Shown: positions 10,039 through 18,886 of the stretch, in pieces
Numbering within the stretch: position 1 is the stretch's first letter
Layout of the letters: each line of letters opens with the position of its first letter
NCBI GenBank assembly: GCA_038214755.1
Contig: JBBQRQ010000008.1
Coordinates: forward strand, 1 to 64,000
DNA: 64,000 bases
Direction of reading: 5' to 3'
Origin: Verrucomicrobiota bacterium
Lineage (GTDB): Bacteria; Verrucomicrobiota; Verrucomicrobiia; Limisphaerales; CANJXF01
The notes under the pieces: model-generated
Told to the model about the DNA's origin: nothing
The model's input: the letters and a program-made list of their open reading frames with translations, nothing else
The model's database searches: none
Translations under genes and position numbers: made by a program

Positions 10039-12342
10039 TCATTGCTTCTGTCGGGCGCGGAAAAATAAATTGGGCCGGTTGGTTTCCATCTTTTCAGTGA
10101 GGCGGGTTGCGCCGGTGACGTTGAGGAGCGTGGTCAAGTATTGCCAGGAAGTGAAATCCTTGGAGGTTTCGATTTCACAAACGCGAGTTGCCGGACCATT
10201 CAGCGTCAAATCAAACTGATCGCCGACCGGACTGCTTATTTCCAAAACGAGCGGCGGCACATTGATTTCGTTGTCGAGAATCAGAGCCGTCGCGTTCGTG
10301 GAAGGTCCGACGTGATAGCCGGCGTTGTCGAACAGCGAGAGCTTCACGCTTTCATCGCCCTCGACCGCGCCATCGTCTTTCGGTGTCACGGTGATGATGT
10401 TGGAATTTGTTCCCGCCGCGATGACCACGAAATTGCTGATCGCATTGAAGTCCGCGCCATTCACGGCTGTTCCAGCGATTGAATAACTCACCGTCAGCGG
10501 AGCGGTCGTGCCGCCGGTGCGAGTGACACGGAGCGTCGCGATGTTGACGCCAGGTTCTGCCGCCGTCGCATCGTCCGCCGTGAGGCTCACCGTCGAAAGC
10601 AGGAGCGGCGCGACGGGCGTTGGAGTGATGCGCACCATCCGGCCAACGGACGGAATATCGTCCACCATCGCGAACAGAATATACCAGCCCGCCAAGGCGC
10701 GAACCGGGTCGTTCGGAATCGTGGCCGTGACCAGCGAATTGCTCTGCGTGAAATCCAGCGAGAGAAATCGTTGCGGCCCGCCGTCCACCCAATGCGTCAC
10801 CGTGCGGGCGCTCACCAACACGAGCTTGGTGATGCGAGCCGTGAGCGAGACTTGCAGAGTGAAGTTAGTTCCCAGCACCAAATCGGTTGTCGAGAGCGAA
10901 TCAATTCGTGGCCGCACGCCGCGAAAGAGATACGGCGGCTCGAAGGCTTCAATCGAAGAATCATCGCCCGCGAACGAACGATTGCTCGTCAGGCCCGCGC
11001 CGCCGGTCGCGATGACGCGGCCATCGGGCGCGAGCACCGTCACGTTGTGGTAGTGGATGAAGCGATTCAGGTCAGCCATCGCCCGCCAGGCGTTGCTCGT
11101 TGCGTCATACAGGTCGCAAACTTTTGTGCAGTTGGGAATCGTGCCCGCGTTGGCCGTTGGCACGGGAGCGGGAGCCGGGCCGTTGTATTGACCGCCAAAA
11201 CACAGCACGCGGCCATCGGGGAGAATCAACGCTTCGGGCTGGCCGCGAATGGCGCGAGGGTTTGGGCCGAGCGTCCAGGTGTTGTTCGAGGGATTGTAGA
11301 ATTCGCAGAAGCGCGTGCTGGCGTTGGTCACGACCGGCAGGATTCCGACGGCCATCACGCGTCCATCGGGCAGATGCACAATTTCGTGATCGGCATGATC
11401 GCCGTTGTTCTGACCGCGCCGGGCTTGAATCATGTTTGCGGCCGCACGCCACGTTCCGTTGCTGATATTGTAAAGCTCCGGGTAACGCCACGTCTTCAAG
11501 ACCTCGCCCGTGAACAAAACCAGCGCGGGCGGAATTTCTGTCGGCAAATTGAACGAGCCAGTGATGCTCCATGAATTCGAGCGCGGATTGTAAATTTCAC
11601 AACCATTGGTTCTGCCGTAACCGGGATCGTTCAATTCACCGCCGAGAACCAACAGCCGTTCATCCGGCAAACGCACCAGCCCCGGATACCAACGGCCAGT
11701 AATCATGTCCGCGTTACGAACCCAGGCGTTGGTGTTGCGCCAATACGTCTTGGCAATTTTCACCACCGGGTCTTGCGGATTCCCACCCATTGACCCGCCC
11801 GTGAGAAACATACCGCCATCGGTGTTGACCGTGACCATGTGGCAGCCTTGAGCCGACAAAGAATTGGGCGGATACCACTTCGTCCCGCTCACCGGATCGA
11901 ACATGATCGGCTCTTGCGTGTCGTGGCAGAAAAAGATTTCGCCGGTCGGCAACAGATTGCCCGAGCCGCTGCCGTCGAGGAGTTCCGGTTCGGTGTTGCC
12001 CACAATCGTCCAGCGACCGCCGTTGGTTTCCAAGTTGAGGCGGAAGTTCAACGAGACTGCCGCATTGGAAATTGTGACGGTCGTTTCCTGATATTCAAAA
12101 CCCAGTGCTGCGATTCCCAATTGATAATTTCCAGAGCCAACGTAATCGAAACGGAAATTCCCATTGGTTTCGGTGCGCTGTTCCCGGAAAAATCGAAAGT
12201 CCGGCGTGAACAACGTCACGCGCACTCCCGCGATGCTGTTGCTGGAAATGGCAGCGGAAACCTGGCCGGTAATGGAGACGGCCTGCAACTTGAGAGGCGC
12301 CAGCACGGCAATTGCGGCGGCGAAAAGATGGGTGAATTTCAT
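10039..12342 (-). CDS. Galactose/glyoxal-oxidase-like (AA5) kelch copper radical oxidase with N-terminal carboxypeptidase-regulatory-like, Calx-beta and C-terminal domains
   Basis: Kelch repeats (LPDGRV); GCH, RWYP, YHN, VTH ligand motifs; DDGAVEGDESV Calx-beta signature. Confidence 0.85.
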   Translation of the reverse strand: MKFTHLFAAAIAVLAPLKLQAVSITGQVSAAISSNSIAGVRVTLFTPDFRFFREQRTETNGNFRFDYVGSGNYQLGIAALGFEYQETTVTISNAAVSLNFRLNLETNGGRWTIVGNTEPELLDGSGSGNLLPTGEIFFCHDTQEPIMFDPVSGTKWYPPNSLSAQGCHMVTVNTDGGMFLTGGSMGGNPQDPVVKIAKTYWRNTNAWVRNADMITGRWYPGLVRLPDERLLVLGGELNDPGYGRTNGCEIYNPRSNSWSITGSFNLPTEIPPALVLFTGEVLKTWRYPELYNISNGTWRAAANMIQARRGQNNGDHADHEIVHLPDGRVMAVGILPVVTNASTRFCEFYNPSNNTWTLGPNPRAIRGQPEALILPDGRVLCFGGQYNGPAPAPVPTANAGTIPNCTKVCDLYDATSNAWRAMADLNRFIHYHNVTVLAPDGRVIATGGAGLTSNRSFAGDDSSIEAFEPPYLFRGVRPRIDSLSTTDLVLGTNFTLQVSLTARITKLVLVSARTVTHWVDGGPQRFLSLDFTQSNSLVTATIPNDPVRALAGWYILFAMVDDIPSVGRMVRITPTPVAPLLLSTVSLTADDATAAEPGVNIATLRVTRTGGTTAPLTVSYSIAGTAVNGADFNAISNFVVIAAGTNSNIITVTPKDDGAVEGDESVKLSLFDNAGYHVGPSTNATALILDNEINVPPLVLEISSPVGDQFDLTLNGPATRVCEIETSKDFTSWQYLTTLLNVTGATRLTEKMETNRPNLFFRARQKQ

Positions 12343-12361
12343 AATATTTGTGTCTCACAGG

Positions 12362-13351
12362 TTACTGTTTTTTCATTTGTTGTTCGAGTTGTTCCAAGGC
12401 TTCGCCAAATTCTTTGAAGTTGTTTTTCATGACCGATTCGCTCCCGGTCTCCGCTGAACTTTTCAATCCATCGAGCGCGTGAACGATTTTGTTGACTCCA
12501 CTTTCGACAGCGGGCTTGTGATCTGGATGCGCAACTTCAACGAGCTTTTTTGCCAGCGCGCTGATTTCCTTCGCGTGAGATGGAATGTCGCTGAACTTCT
12601 TGTCGTTGACGGCGGATTCCAACTCGCCGTGATGTTCGTGAATCGCTTTCCAGATTCCTTCAAGCGTGTCAGGCAGCGGCTTTTTTTCGGTGGCCTGCTC
12701 AGGAGTGGCGCCATGTTTATGGCCGTTTGTTTTCGACATCTGCATCGTTTCATGCGATGGCTCGGATGCGCCGTGTTCGTGTGAAGCGGCCTTCGTCGAA
12801 GTGGCTGACATCGCGCGAAATTCGGGATGTCGAATCTGTCCGCCGGCTTTGGCAATCCATCCGCAAGCGCCCAGCGAAGTCATACCGAGAAAAAGCGTGG
12901 TGAGCGCAAACGGCGTCGCGGCTCTGGGAAATTTTTTCCGGCTAACCATCGCGACGATGCCGAGCAATGCCGTCGCGTAAAAAAGATAAACCAGTTTCTC
13001 CGCGCGCTCCATGTGCTCGTCCAACGCATCCGCGCCTGCCTCATCCGCCAACTCGCGAAGGTGTTTGAAGGCGTTGGTCCCAAAGTGCGTCACCGGCCAG
13101 ACCGACGCGCAAGCGATGACGACCAGAGCGAGGCCGATGAGTTGCGCAGTCCTATTTCGCGCGACCAATGCGCTGGCTAGCGCCAGAAGACCCATCGCGA
13201 GTCCGTAACCAGGAATCGGATTCAACAGCACGTGAATATATTCGGGCGGCAATCCGAACAGGCCGCCGCCTGCCGCGTGTTCGTGCGCTTCGTGCGCCAA
13301 CGCAGTTGTGCCGAGAAATGCCGCGACAAAAATAGCAATTAAAGTTTTCAT
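12362..13351 (-). CDS. Membrane protein (DUF2231-like) with His-rich linker and helical C-terminal domain
   Basis: HVLLNPIP, four TM helices, GGQIRHPEFR. Confidence 0.7.
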   Translation of the reverse strand: MKTLIAIFVAAFLGTTALAHEAHEHAAGGGLFGLPPEYIHVLLNPIPGYGLAMGLLALASALVARNRTAQLIGLALVVIACASVWPVTHFGTNAFKHLRELADEAGADALDEHMERAEKLVYLFYATALLGIVAMVSRKKFPRAATPFALTTLFLGMTSLGACGWIAKAGGQIRHPEFRAMSATSTKAASHEHGASEPSHETMQMSKTNGHKHGATPEQATEKKPLPDTLEGIWKAIHEHHGELESAVNDKKFSDIPSHAKEISALAKKLVEVAHPDHKPAVESGVNKIVHALDGLKSSAETGSESVMKNNFKEFGEALEQLEQQMKKQ

Positions 13352-13459
13352 CAAATTTGATTCCGCGTGACCGAGTGGATAGAATTTTTCCATGACGAAT
13401 GGCGGCACGGAACGAGTGAAGAAGCGAATCAGCCGCGCGCGAGGCGCGAAGGAGTCCCC

Positions 13460-13903
13460 TTAGAGAAGAACGGGCGGAGCGAGACTGCGGAACGCCGGGC
13501 CAAGATACACTTCGGGCGTGAACACCAAATCAGGGAGTTGCGCCTGGCGGGAAACTGGCGTTTTAAGTTCCGCAACCGTCAATGATTGCGACTGCGAAAC
13601 AAAATTTAAAAAAGCGAAACCGAAATCGGGCCTGGAAAAAACTTCACTGCCATGAGGGTGAACCACGGATTTGAGCGAATCGCAGAATGAATCTTTGTGA
13701 TCGTCATGCTGGTCAGAGTGGGGCGATCGATCGTTGGCATGGTGTGAAGCATCGGCATGTTCATCGTGACTCGACTCACAGTGCGATTCCCCAATGCAAC
13801 AAGCGCCAGAACAAAAAAGAAACGCCGCGAGCCAGACCATCAACGACACCGCCGCACAGAAGCGAGTCGCAGTCCTCAAGCTTGTTTTTCGAGAATAGGT
13901 CAT
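13460..13903 (-). CDS. His/Cys-rich small membrane protein heading the metal operon
   Basis: TM helix, His-rich tract, C-terminal RSLAPP typical of leaders of metal-efflux operons. Confidence 0.65.
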   Translation of the reverse strand: MTYSRKTSLRTATRFCAAVSLMVWLAAFLFCSGACCIGESHCESSHDEHADASHHANDRSPHSDQHDDHKDSFCDSLKSVVHPHGSEVFSRPDFGFAFLNFVSQSQSLTVAELKTPVSRQAQLPDLVFTPEVYLGPAFRSLAPPVLL

Positions 13904-14240
13904 GGCTGTTTCCGTCGGTAGGTTGCAGAGCCAAATCTTCTTTGTCAAATTTCCATCTTGATTCGGGGAGAAGCAGGGTGTGATTAAAAGCGGGTGAGGC
14001 TGGATTTGGTTTCTTGGGCGGCGGCGGCATGACGCCGCTTTTCCTGCACGTTACGCGATGGAGAAAGTGCCAAAATGAAGAACCTTTCCGGCTTTTCCAC
14101 CGTGCAGCCAATGCGGGGACGTGTCCCCGCAGTCCAAAATAAGTTCGGTTCCAACCTCACCCACTTTTAATCACACCCGGAGAAGCACAGAAAAATGCGC
14201 CGGAAAATTTTCCAGCGCGCTGTGTTGTTCTAAAATTTCT

Positions 14241-15719
14241 TCAATCTTCCTTGAGAATTTCAAAGCGGCTCGTGCCTTTGGTGATGAAATTGATGCTTAC
14301 ACCTTTTTTTGGATCGGTTGATTTCATCGCATCGCGAAATTGTTTTAGAGTTGCCACCGGCACGCGATTGATTTCAGTGACCACATCGCCGGGCTTGATC
14401 CCCTGATCAGCCGCCGGGCTGTCCGGCGCAACGGCGGTGACGAGCACGCCCGTCTTCGTCTCAATGCCATATTCGTCGGCCAGCGCCGGCGTCAGTGGCC
14501 GGACGGTCAGCCCAAAACCAGTCGGTTCAGCAGAGGAAGGAGAAGACTTGTTCGTCTTTCCGGCATCGGCGGTTTCCTCGCCGGGAAAAGCGTCCGTTTT
14601 AACTTTGATTTTTAAATTTTTAATTTTGCCCCCAGCATCAACTCGCGCCACGTCGAGCGTGACGGATTGTCCAACTTTTTTGTAGGAGATCTCGTCTTTC
14701 AATTCACGTGAGGTTTTGACGGGCTTGCCATCGACCGCCGTGATGATATCGCCCGCCTTCAGTTCAGATTTTGCGGCCGGCCCATCGGGTGGAATGGTGC
14801 GGATGACCACCCCGTCTTCCAGGTTGGGGATTCTGGTTTTATAATCCTGATATTTCCGCAAGTCCTCAATGCCAACTCCGATGCGCGAGCGGGTGAATTT
14901 TCCTTCCTGAATCAAATGGCCCATCACCTGTTTGGCGAGGTTGACGGGAATGGCAAAACCGATTCCGGTATTCATTCCGAAAATCATGGAATTAATTCCG
15001 ATGACTTCGCCGTAAAGATTTACCAGCGGCCCGCCGCTGTTGCCGGGGTTGATGCTCGCGTCGGTCTGGAGAAAATCCTGATCGAGCAAAGGCTGATTTG
15101 GAACCACGCGTCCTTTGCCGCTGATGTGCCCGATGGTGACCGTATAATCCCAAATGAAAGGTCCGCCAATCGCGATGGCAAATTCCCCAACTCGCGTCGC
15201 AGCCGAGTCTCCCAATTTCGCCGGCACCAAACCCTTCGCATCAATTTTAATGACGGCGATATCCGATTGAGGATCGCGGCCTTTGACGGTGGCTTTGTAG
15301 GATGTGCTGTTCTGAAATCGCACCGTGATTTTCTCCGCATCCTCCACCACATGGTTGTTCGTCAAAATATATCCGTCCTCCGTCACGACAATGCCTGAAC
15401 CTTTTCCGGTTGGAACCGGCTGGCGACGCCGAGGCTGATTTTCTCCCCGCTGGCCAAACCGCTCTTCAAAACGACGCCGAAACTCGGGAGGAAGCGCGTC
15501 CAGGAACGATCCCTCATCTTCCGTGCGACTGGTTGGTTTTTGGGTGACCTCGATGACCACGACTGCCGGTGAAACTTTGTCGGCGACTTCGATGAAAGCC
15601 TGATTGAGTTGACGGGCCATATCCAGCGCCGGTGAAGTCTCTTTTGCAAAAGAAGAAGCCCCGGAGAGAGAGAGGCAACTCGCTGCCATTAAGATCGAAA
15701 ATAATTTTTTTGATTTCAT
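14241..15719 (-). CDS. htrA: HtrA/DegP-family serine protease with two PDZ domains
   Basis: TNNHV, DIAV, GNSGGPL catalytic motifs; two PDZ domains. Confidence 0.92.
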   Translation of the reverse strand: MKSKKLFSILMAASCLSLSGASSFAKETSPALDMARQLNQAFIEVADKVSPAVVVIEVTQKPTSRTEDEGSFLDALPPEFRRRFEERFGQRGENQPRRRQPVPTGKGSGIVVTEDGYILTNNHVVEDAEKITVRFQNSTSYKATVKGRDPQSDIAVIKIDAKGLVPAKLGDSAATRVGEFAIAIGGPFIWDYTVTIGHISGKGRVVPNQPLLDQDFLQTDASINPGNSGGPLVNLYGEVIGINSMIFGMNTGIGFAIPVNLAKQVMGHLIQEGKFTRSRIGVGIEDLRKYQDYKTRIPNLEDGVVIRTIPPDGPAAKSELKAGDIITAVDGKPVKTSRELKDEISYKKVGQSVTLDVARVDAGGKIKNLKIKVKTDAFPGEETADAGKTNKSSPSSAEPTGFGLTVRPLTPALADEYGIETKTGVLVTAVAPDSPAADQGIKPGDVVTEINRVPVATLKQFRDAMKSTDPKKGVSINFITKGTSRFEILKED

Positions 15720-15871
15720 ATTGTTTACTATTCGTTCCGTAGTTATGGAGTCGCTTTCGAGGAAAATGTTCAAAATGCGTTGGGGCGTGAATGCGTTGCC
15801 GGGTGAAAATATATTTTTGCTCCGAAAGGTAACAAGAGGTGGATTGTTTTAATTTTTTATGGAGGAACGCC

Positions 15872-16019
15872 GGGTAGCATCTGCCTCCGGCGGGTGCGGC
15901 GACATTTTCGGAACGCCGATCTCCCGATCGGCTTGTTGTCGGGCAGTGGGGGCAATGCCGATCGGGAGATCGGCGCTCCCAAGAGGTTTCTTCGCACCCG
16001 CCGGAGGCAGATGCTACCC
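15872..16019. repeat. Nested palindromes: outer GGGTAGCATCTGCCTCCGGCGGGTGCG inverted repeat enclosing a family A element
   Basis: Perfect 27-bp outer arms; inner element at 15910-15979. Confidence 0.9.
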
Positions 16020-16139
16020 ACGGAGCCTCGCTCTCCTTTCGGTAGAGCAAGACTCCGTCGATCTCCATTTAAAAATTTTTAGCGAATGAGAAAGTAATCA
16101 CGAATTGCGCACCTCATTTCATTTCACTAACTTGGCCGC

Positions 16140-17075
16140 ATGACAACGCTTGCTCTGCCCTCGCCCGCAAAACGTTTCCAATCGATGCGCGCAATCGTCC
16201 CGACGGTTGATCAGGTGATGATTGAGGAACGAGCGGCGGCGTTCACGAAACGAAGCATCAAAACGAGCGCGAAACTCGCCGGTTTGAAAATGGCGGTGTC
16301 GATGATGGATCTCACGACGCTCGAAGGAAAAGATACGCCGGGAAAAGTTGCGTATCTCTGCCAGAAGGCGCTGCATCCGCTGGAGGCGAAATACGACGTG
16401 CCGAGTTGCGGCGCGGTTTGCGTTTATCCGAACATGGTGAAGTACGCGCGAAAATTTCTCGGAGAAAATTCGCCGGTTCATGTCGCATCCGTCGCGACTG
16501 GATTTCCCAGCGGCCAGGTTCCATTGCGCGTGAAGCTCGAAGAAACCCGCCGCGCCGCCGGCGATGGCGCGGACGAAATCGACATGGTGATTGATCGCGG
16601 CGCATTTCTCTCGGGAGATCACGGAAAAGTTTTTGACGAAATCGCCGCGGTGAAACAAGCCTGCGGCGTCGCCCATCTCAAAGTCATTTTGGAAACCGGC
16701 GAGTTGGTGACTTACGACAACGTGCGCCTCGCCAGCCAGATCGCGATGGAAGCCGGTGGAGATTTTATCAAAACTTCGACCGGCAAAGTTTCACCCGCGG
16801 CGACGATTCCGGTCACGCTCGTGATGCTCGAAGCAATTCGCGATTATTTTTTTGCGACAGGCATTCGCATCGGAATGAAACCCGCCGGCGGCATTCGCAA
16901 TTCCAAGCAGGCTTTGGCCTATCTCGTGATGGTCAAAGAAACCCTCGGCGACGATTGGCTCACGCCGGATTTATTTCGCTTCGGCGCGAGCACACTGGTC
17001 AACGACGTCCTCATGCAAATCGTCAAAACCGTGGACGGAAATTATCAAAGCCTCGATTACTTTTCGCTGCCGTGA
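16140..17075 (+). CDS. deoC: Deoxyribose-phosphate aldolase
   Basis: DLTTL, AVCVYP, GADEIDMV, KVILETG, FIKTSTGK, KPAGG, RFGAS. Confidence 0.95.
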   Translation: MTTLALPSPAKRFQSMRAIVPTVDQVMIEERAAAFTKRSIKTSAKLAGLKMAVSMMDLTTLEGKDTPGKVAYLCQKALHPLEAKYDVPSCGAVCVYPNMVKYARKFLGENSPVHVASVATGFPSGQVPLRVKLEETRRAAGDGADEIDMVIDRGAFLSGDHGKVFDEIAAVKQACGVAHLKVILETGELVTYDNVRLASQIAMEAGGDFIKTSTGKVSPAATIPVTLVMLEAIRDYFFATGIRIGMKPAGGIRNSKQALAYLVMVKETLGDDWLTPDLFRFGASTLVNDVLMQIVKTVDGNYQSLDYFSLP

Positions 17076-17093
17076 GTTGAACGATCCGCAGTC

Positions 17094-17402
17094 ATGATTG
17101 AAGAAATTCGAGAAAAGTTCTAAAGCGGCTTGGTGGAATATTCGTTGCATGCCGTCCGGCAAATGATTTTGCGGAACGTCGTCACGAATGAAGTTTTGCA
17201 ATGCGTATTGGCAGGCGAAGTGGTTGAAGATTATCCTGAAGATAAATATGGGCCGAGTTGTTTGATTTCCGGTAGAACGGCGGAGGGTCGAGCGTTGCAT
17301 GTCCAATGCACCCATCCCAGCCGCCCGCTCATCAAAGTCGTCACGGCTTATGAACCTGATCCCGCAGAGTGGAGCGAGAATTTAAAAGAAAGAAAACAAT
17401 GA
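17094..17402 (+). pseudogene. DUF4258-family toxin with in-frame stop at codon 10
   Basis: MIEEIREKF*SGLVEYSLHA...EDYPEDKYGPSCLI..LHV..VVTAYEPDP; TAA at 17121-17123. Confidence 0.8.
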
Positions 17403-17635
17403 AAACACACGACTGGAAAGAAACCTTTGAAGAACGCGTTGTCACCTACACCCAAGAAGTGGGCGGACGCTTCGTCATCATTGAACATGTTCCCTGTCGG
17501 GTCTGCCGCGAGACCGGCGAACAATTGTTCGCGCCGGAAACCGTGGATCGGTTGCAAGCGATTATTCGTTCGCACGTCAAACCCGCGCGCGTTCTGGAAA
17601 CGCCCGTCTATGAATTCTCCGCCGTTGCAGCTTGA
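17399..17635 (+). CDS. YgiT/MqsA-type zinc-finger antitoxin
   Basis: IIEHVPCRVCRETGEQLF; overlaps the DUF4258 stop. Confidence 0.85.
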   Translation: MKTHDWKETFEERVVTYTQEVGGRFVIIEHVPCRVCRETGEQLFAPETVDRLQAIIRSHVKPARVLETPVYEFSAVAA

Positions 17636-17694
17636 AACTCAAAACGCGAATGAAACTGGAAAAGCGTTCGTTTGTTCCATGGGAAAAAAACCCC

Positions 17695-17823
17695 GGCGAC
17701 GACTGGCTCACGCCCGACCTGTTCCGCTTCGGCGCGAGCACGCTCGGCAACGACGCACTCATGCAAATCGTTAAAACCGTGGACGGAAATTATCAAAGCC
17801 TCGATTACTTTTCGCTGCCGTGA
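17695..17823 (+). pseudogene. Diverged second copy of deoC 3' end
   Basis: 129 nt aligning to 16947-17075; last 51 nt identical. Confidence 0.95.
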
Positions 17824-18857
17824 GCAAGGAAGAAAATAATCCATCCGGGCTAATCCTCTACCAAACTGAGGATGGCCGGACGCGCGTGGAGTGCCGATTT
17901 GAGAATAAGAATGTCTGGTTGACGCAGAAGTTGATGGCGGAGTTGTTTCAAAAAGATGTCCGCACCATCAACGAACACATCCAAAATGTTTTCGAGGAAG
18001 GCGAGTTGTCGCCGGATTCAGTTATCCGGAATTTCCGGATAACTGCGGTGGACGGCAAAACCTACGCGACGAACCATTACAGTCTCGACCTCATCCTCGC
18101 CGTTGGCTATCGCGTGAAATCACCGCGCGGCACGCAGTTTCGCCAATGGGCCACGGCGCGGCTCAAGGAATATCTCGTCAAAGGTTTCACGATGGATGAC
18201 GAGCGATTGAAGCAGGGCGGTGGCGGTGATTATTTCGACGAATTGCTCCAGCGCATTCGGGAAATTCGTCTTTCGGAGCGCAATTTCTACCGGAAAATTT
18301 GCGACATTTATCAGACGAGCGTGGATTACGATCCCGACGTGGAAATGACGCGGCGATTTTTTCAGGCCGTGCAAAATAAGATGCACTGGGCAGCGCACGG
18401 ACACACGGCGGCGGAAATCATCCATCAGCGCGCCGATGCGACCAAACCGAACGCCGGTTTGACTTCGTGGCGCGGCGCGAAGCCACGGAAAGCCGATGCG
18501 TCTGTCGCCAAGAATTATCTCACGGAAGACGAATTGAAGCGGCTTGGCCTGATTGTCAGCCAGTATCTCGACTTCGCGGAGTTGCAGGCGTTGGATCGTC
18601 GCCAGATGACCATGCGTGATTGGATTGCGAAGCTCGATGCTTTCCTCGGTGCAGGCGGACAGAAAATTCTCAACCACGGTGGAAATATTTCTGCCGAAGA
18701 CGCGAAGCTGAAAGCGGAATTGGAGTTCGACAAATTTGAAGTGAAGCGTCGCGGTCTCGAAGATGCCCAGGTCAACGCAGAGTTCGCGAAGCAAGTGGAA
18801 GATCTGGCGAAGCAAACAAAACAATTCGCGCCGCTGAAACGAAAGCCGAAGAAGTGA
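17820..18857 (+). CDS. rhuM: RhuM-family protein
   Basis: WLTQKLMAELF, YSLDLILAVGYRVKS.RGTQFRQWA, VQNKMHWA. Confidence 0.9.
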   Translation: MSKEENNPSGLILYQTEDGRTRVECRFENKNVWLTQKLMAELFQKDVRTINEHIQNVFEEGELSPDSVIRNFRITAVDGKTYATNHYSLDLILAVGYRVKSPRGTQFRQWATARLKEYLVKGFTMDDERLKQGGGGDYFDELLQRIREIRLSERNFYRKICDIYQTSVDYDPDVEMTRRFFQAVQNKMHWAAHGHTAAEIIHQRADATKPNAGLTSWRGAKPRKADASVAKNYLTEDELKRLGLIVSQYLDFAELQALDRRQMTMRDWIAKLDAFLGAGGQKILNHGGNISAEDAKLKAELEFDKFEVKRRGLEDAQVNAEFAKQVEDLAKQTKQFAPLKRKPKK

Positions 18858-18886
18858 GATGACGAAGGACACTTGCTTTCCCACGC

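Noticed and set aside
17632..17690. Possible remnant of an ALDH 5' end (KLKTR..KLEKR versus KTKLK..RKLSAKR)
   Set aside because: Similarity is too weak and low-complexity to support.
16947..17823. Gene-end duplications as DGR template/variable repeats
   Set aside because: Mismatches are not adenine-specific, are mostly synonymous, and no reverse transcriptase is in the window.
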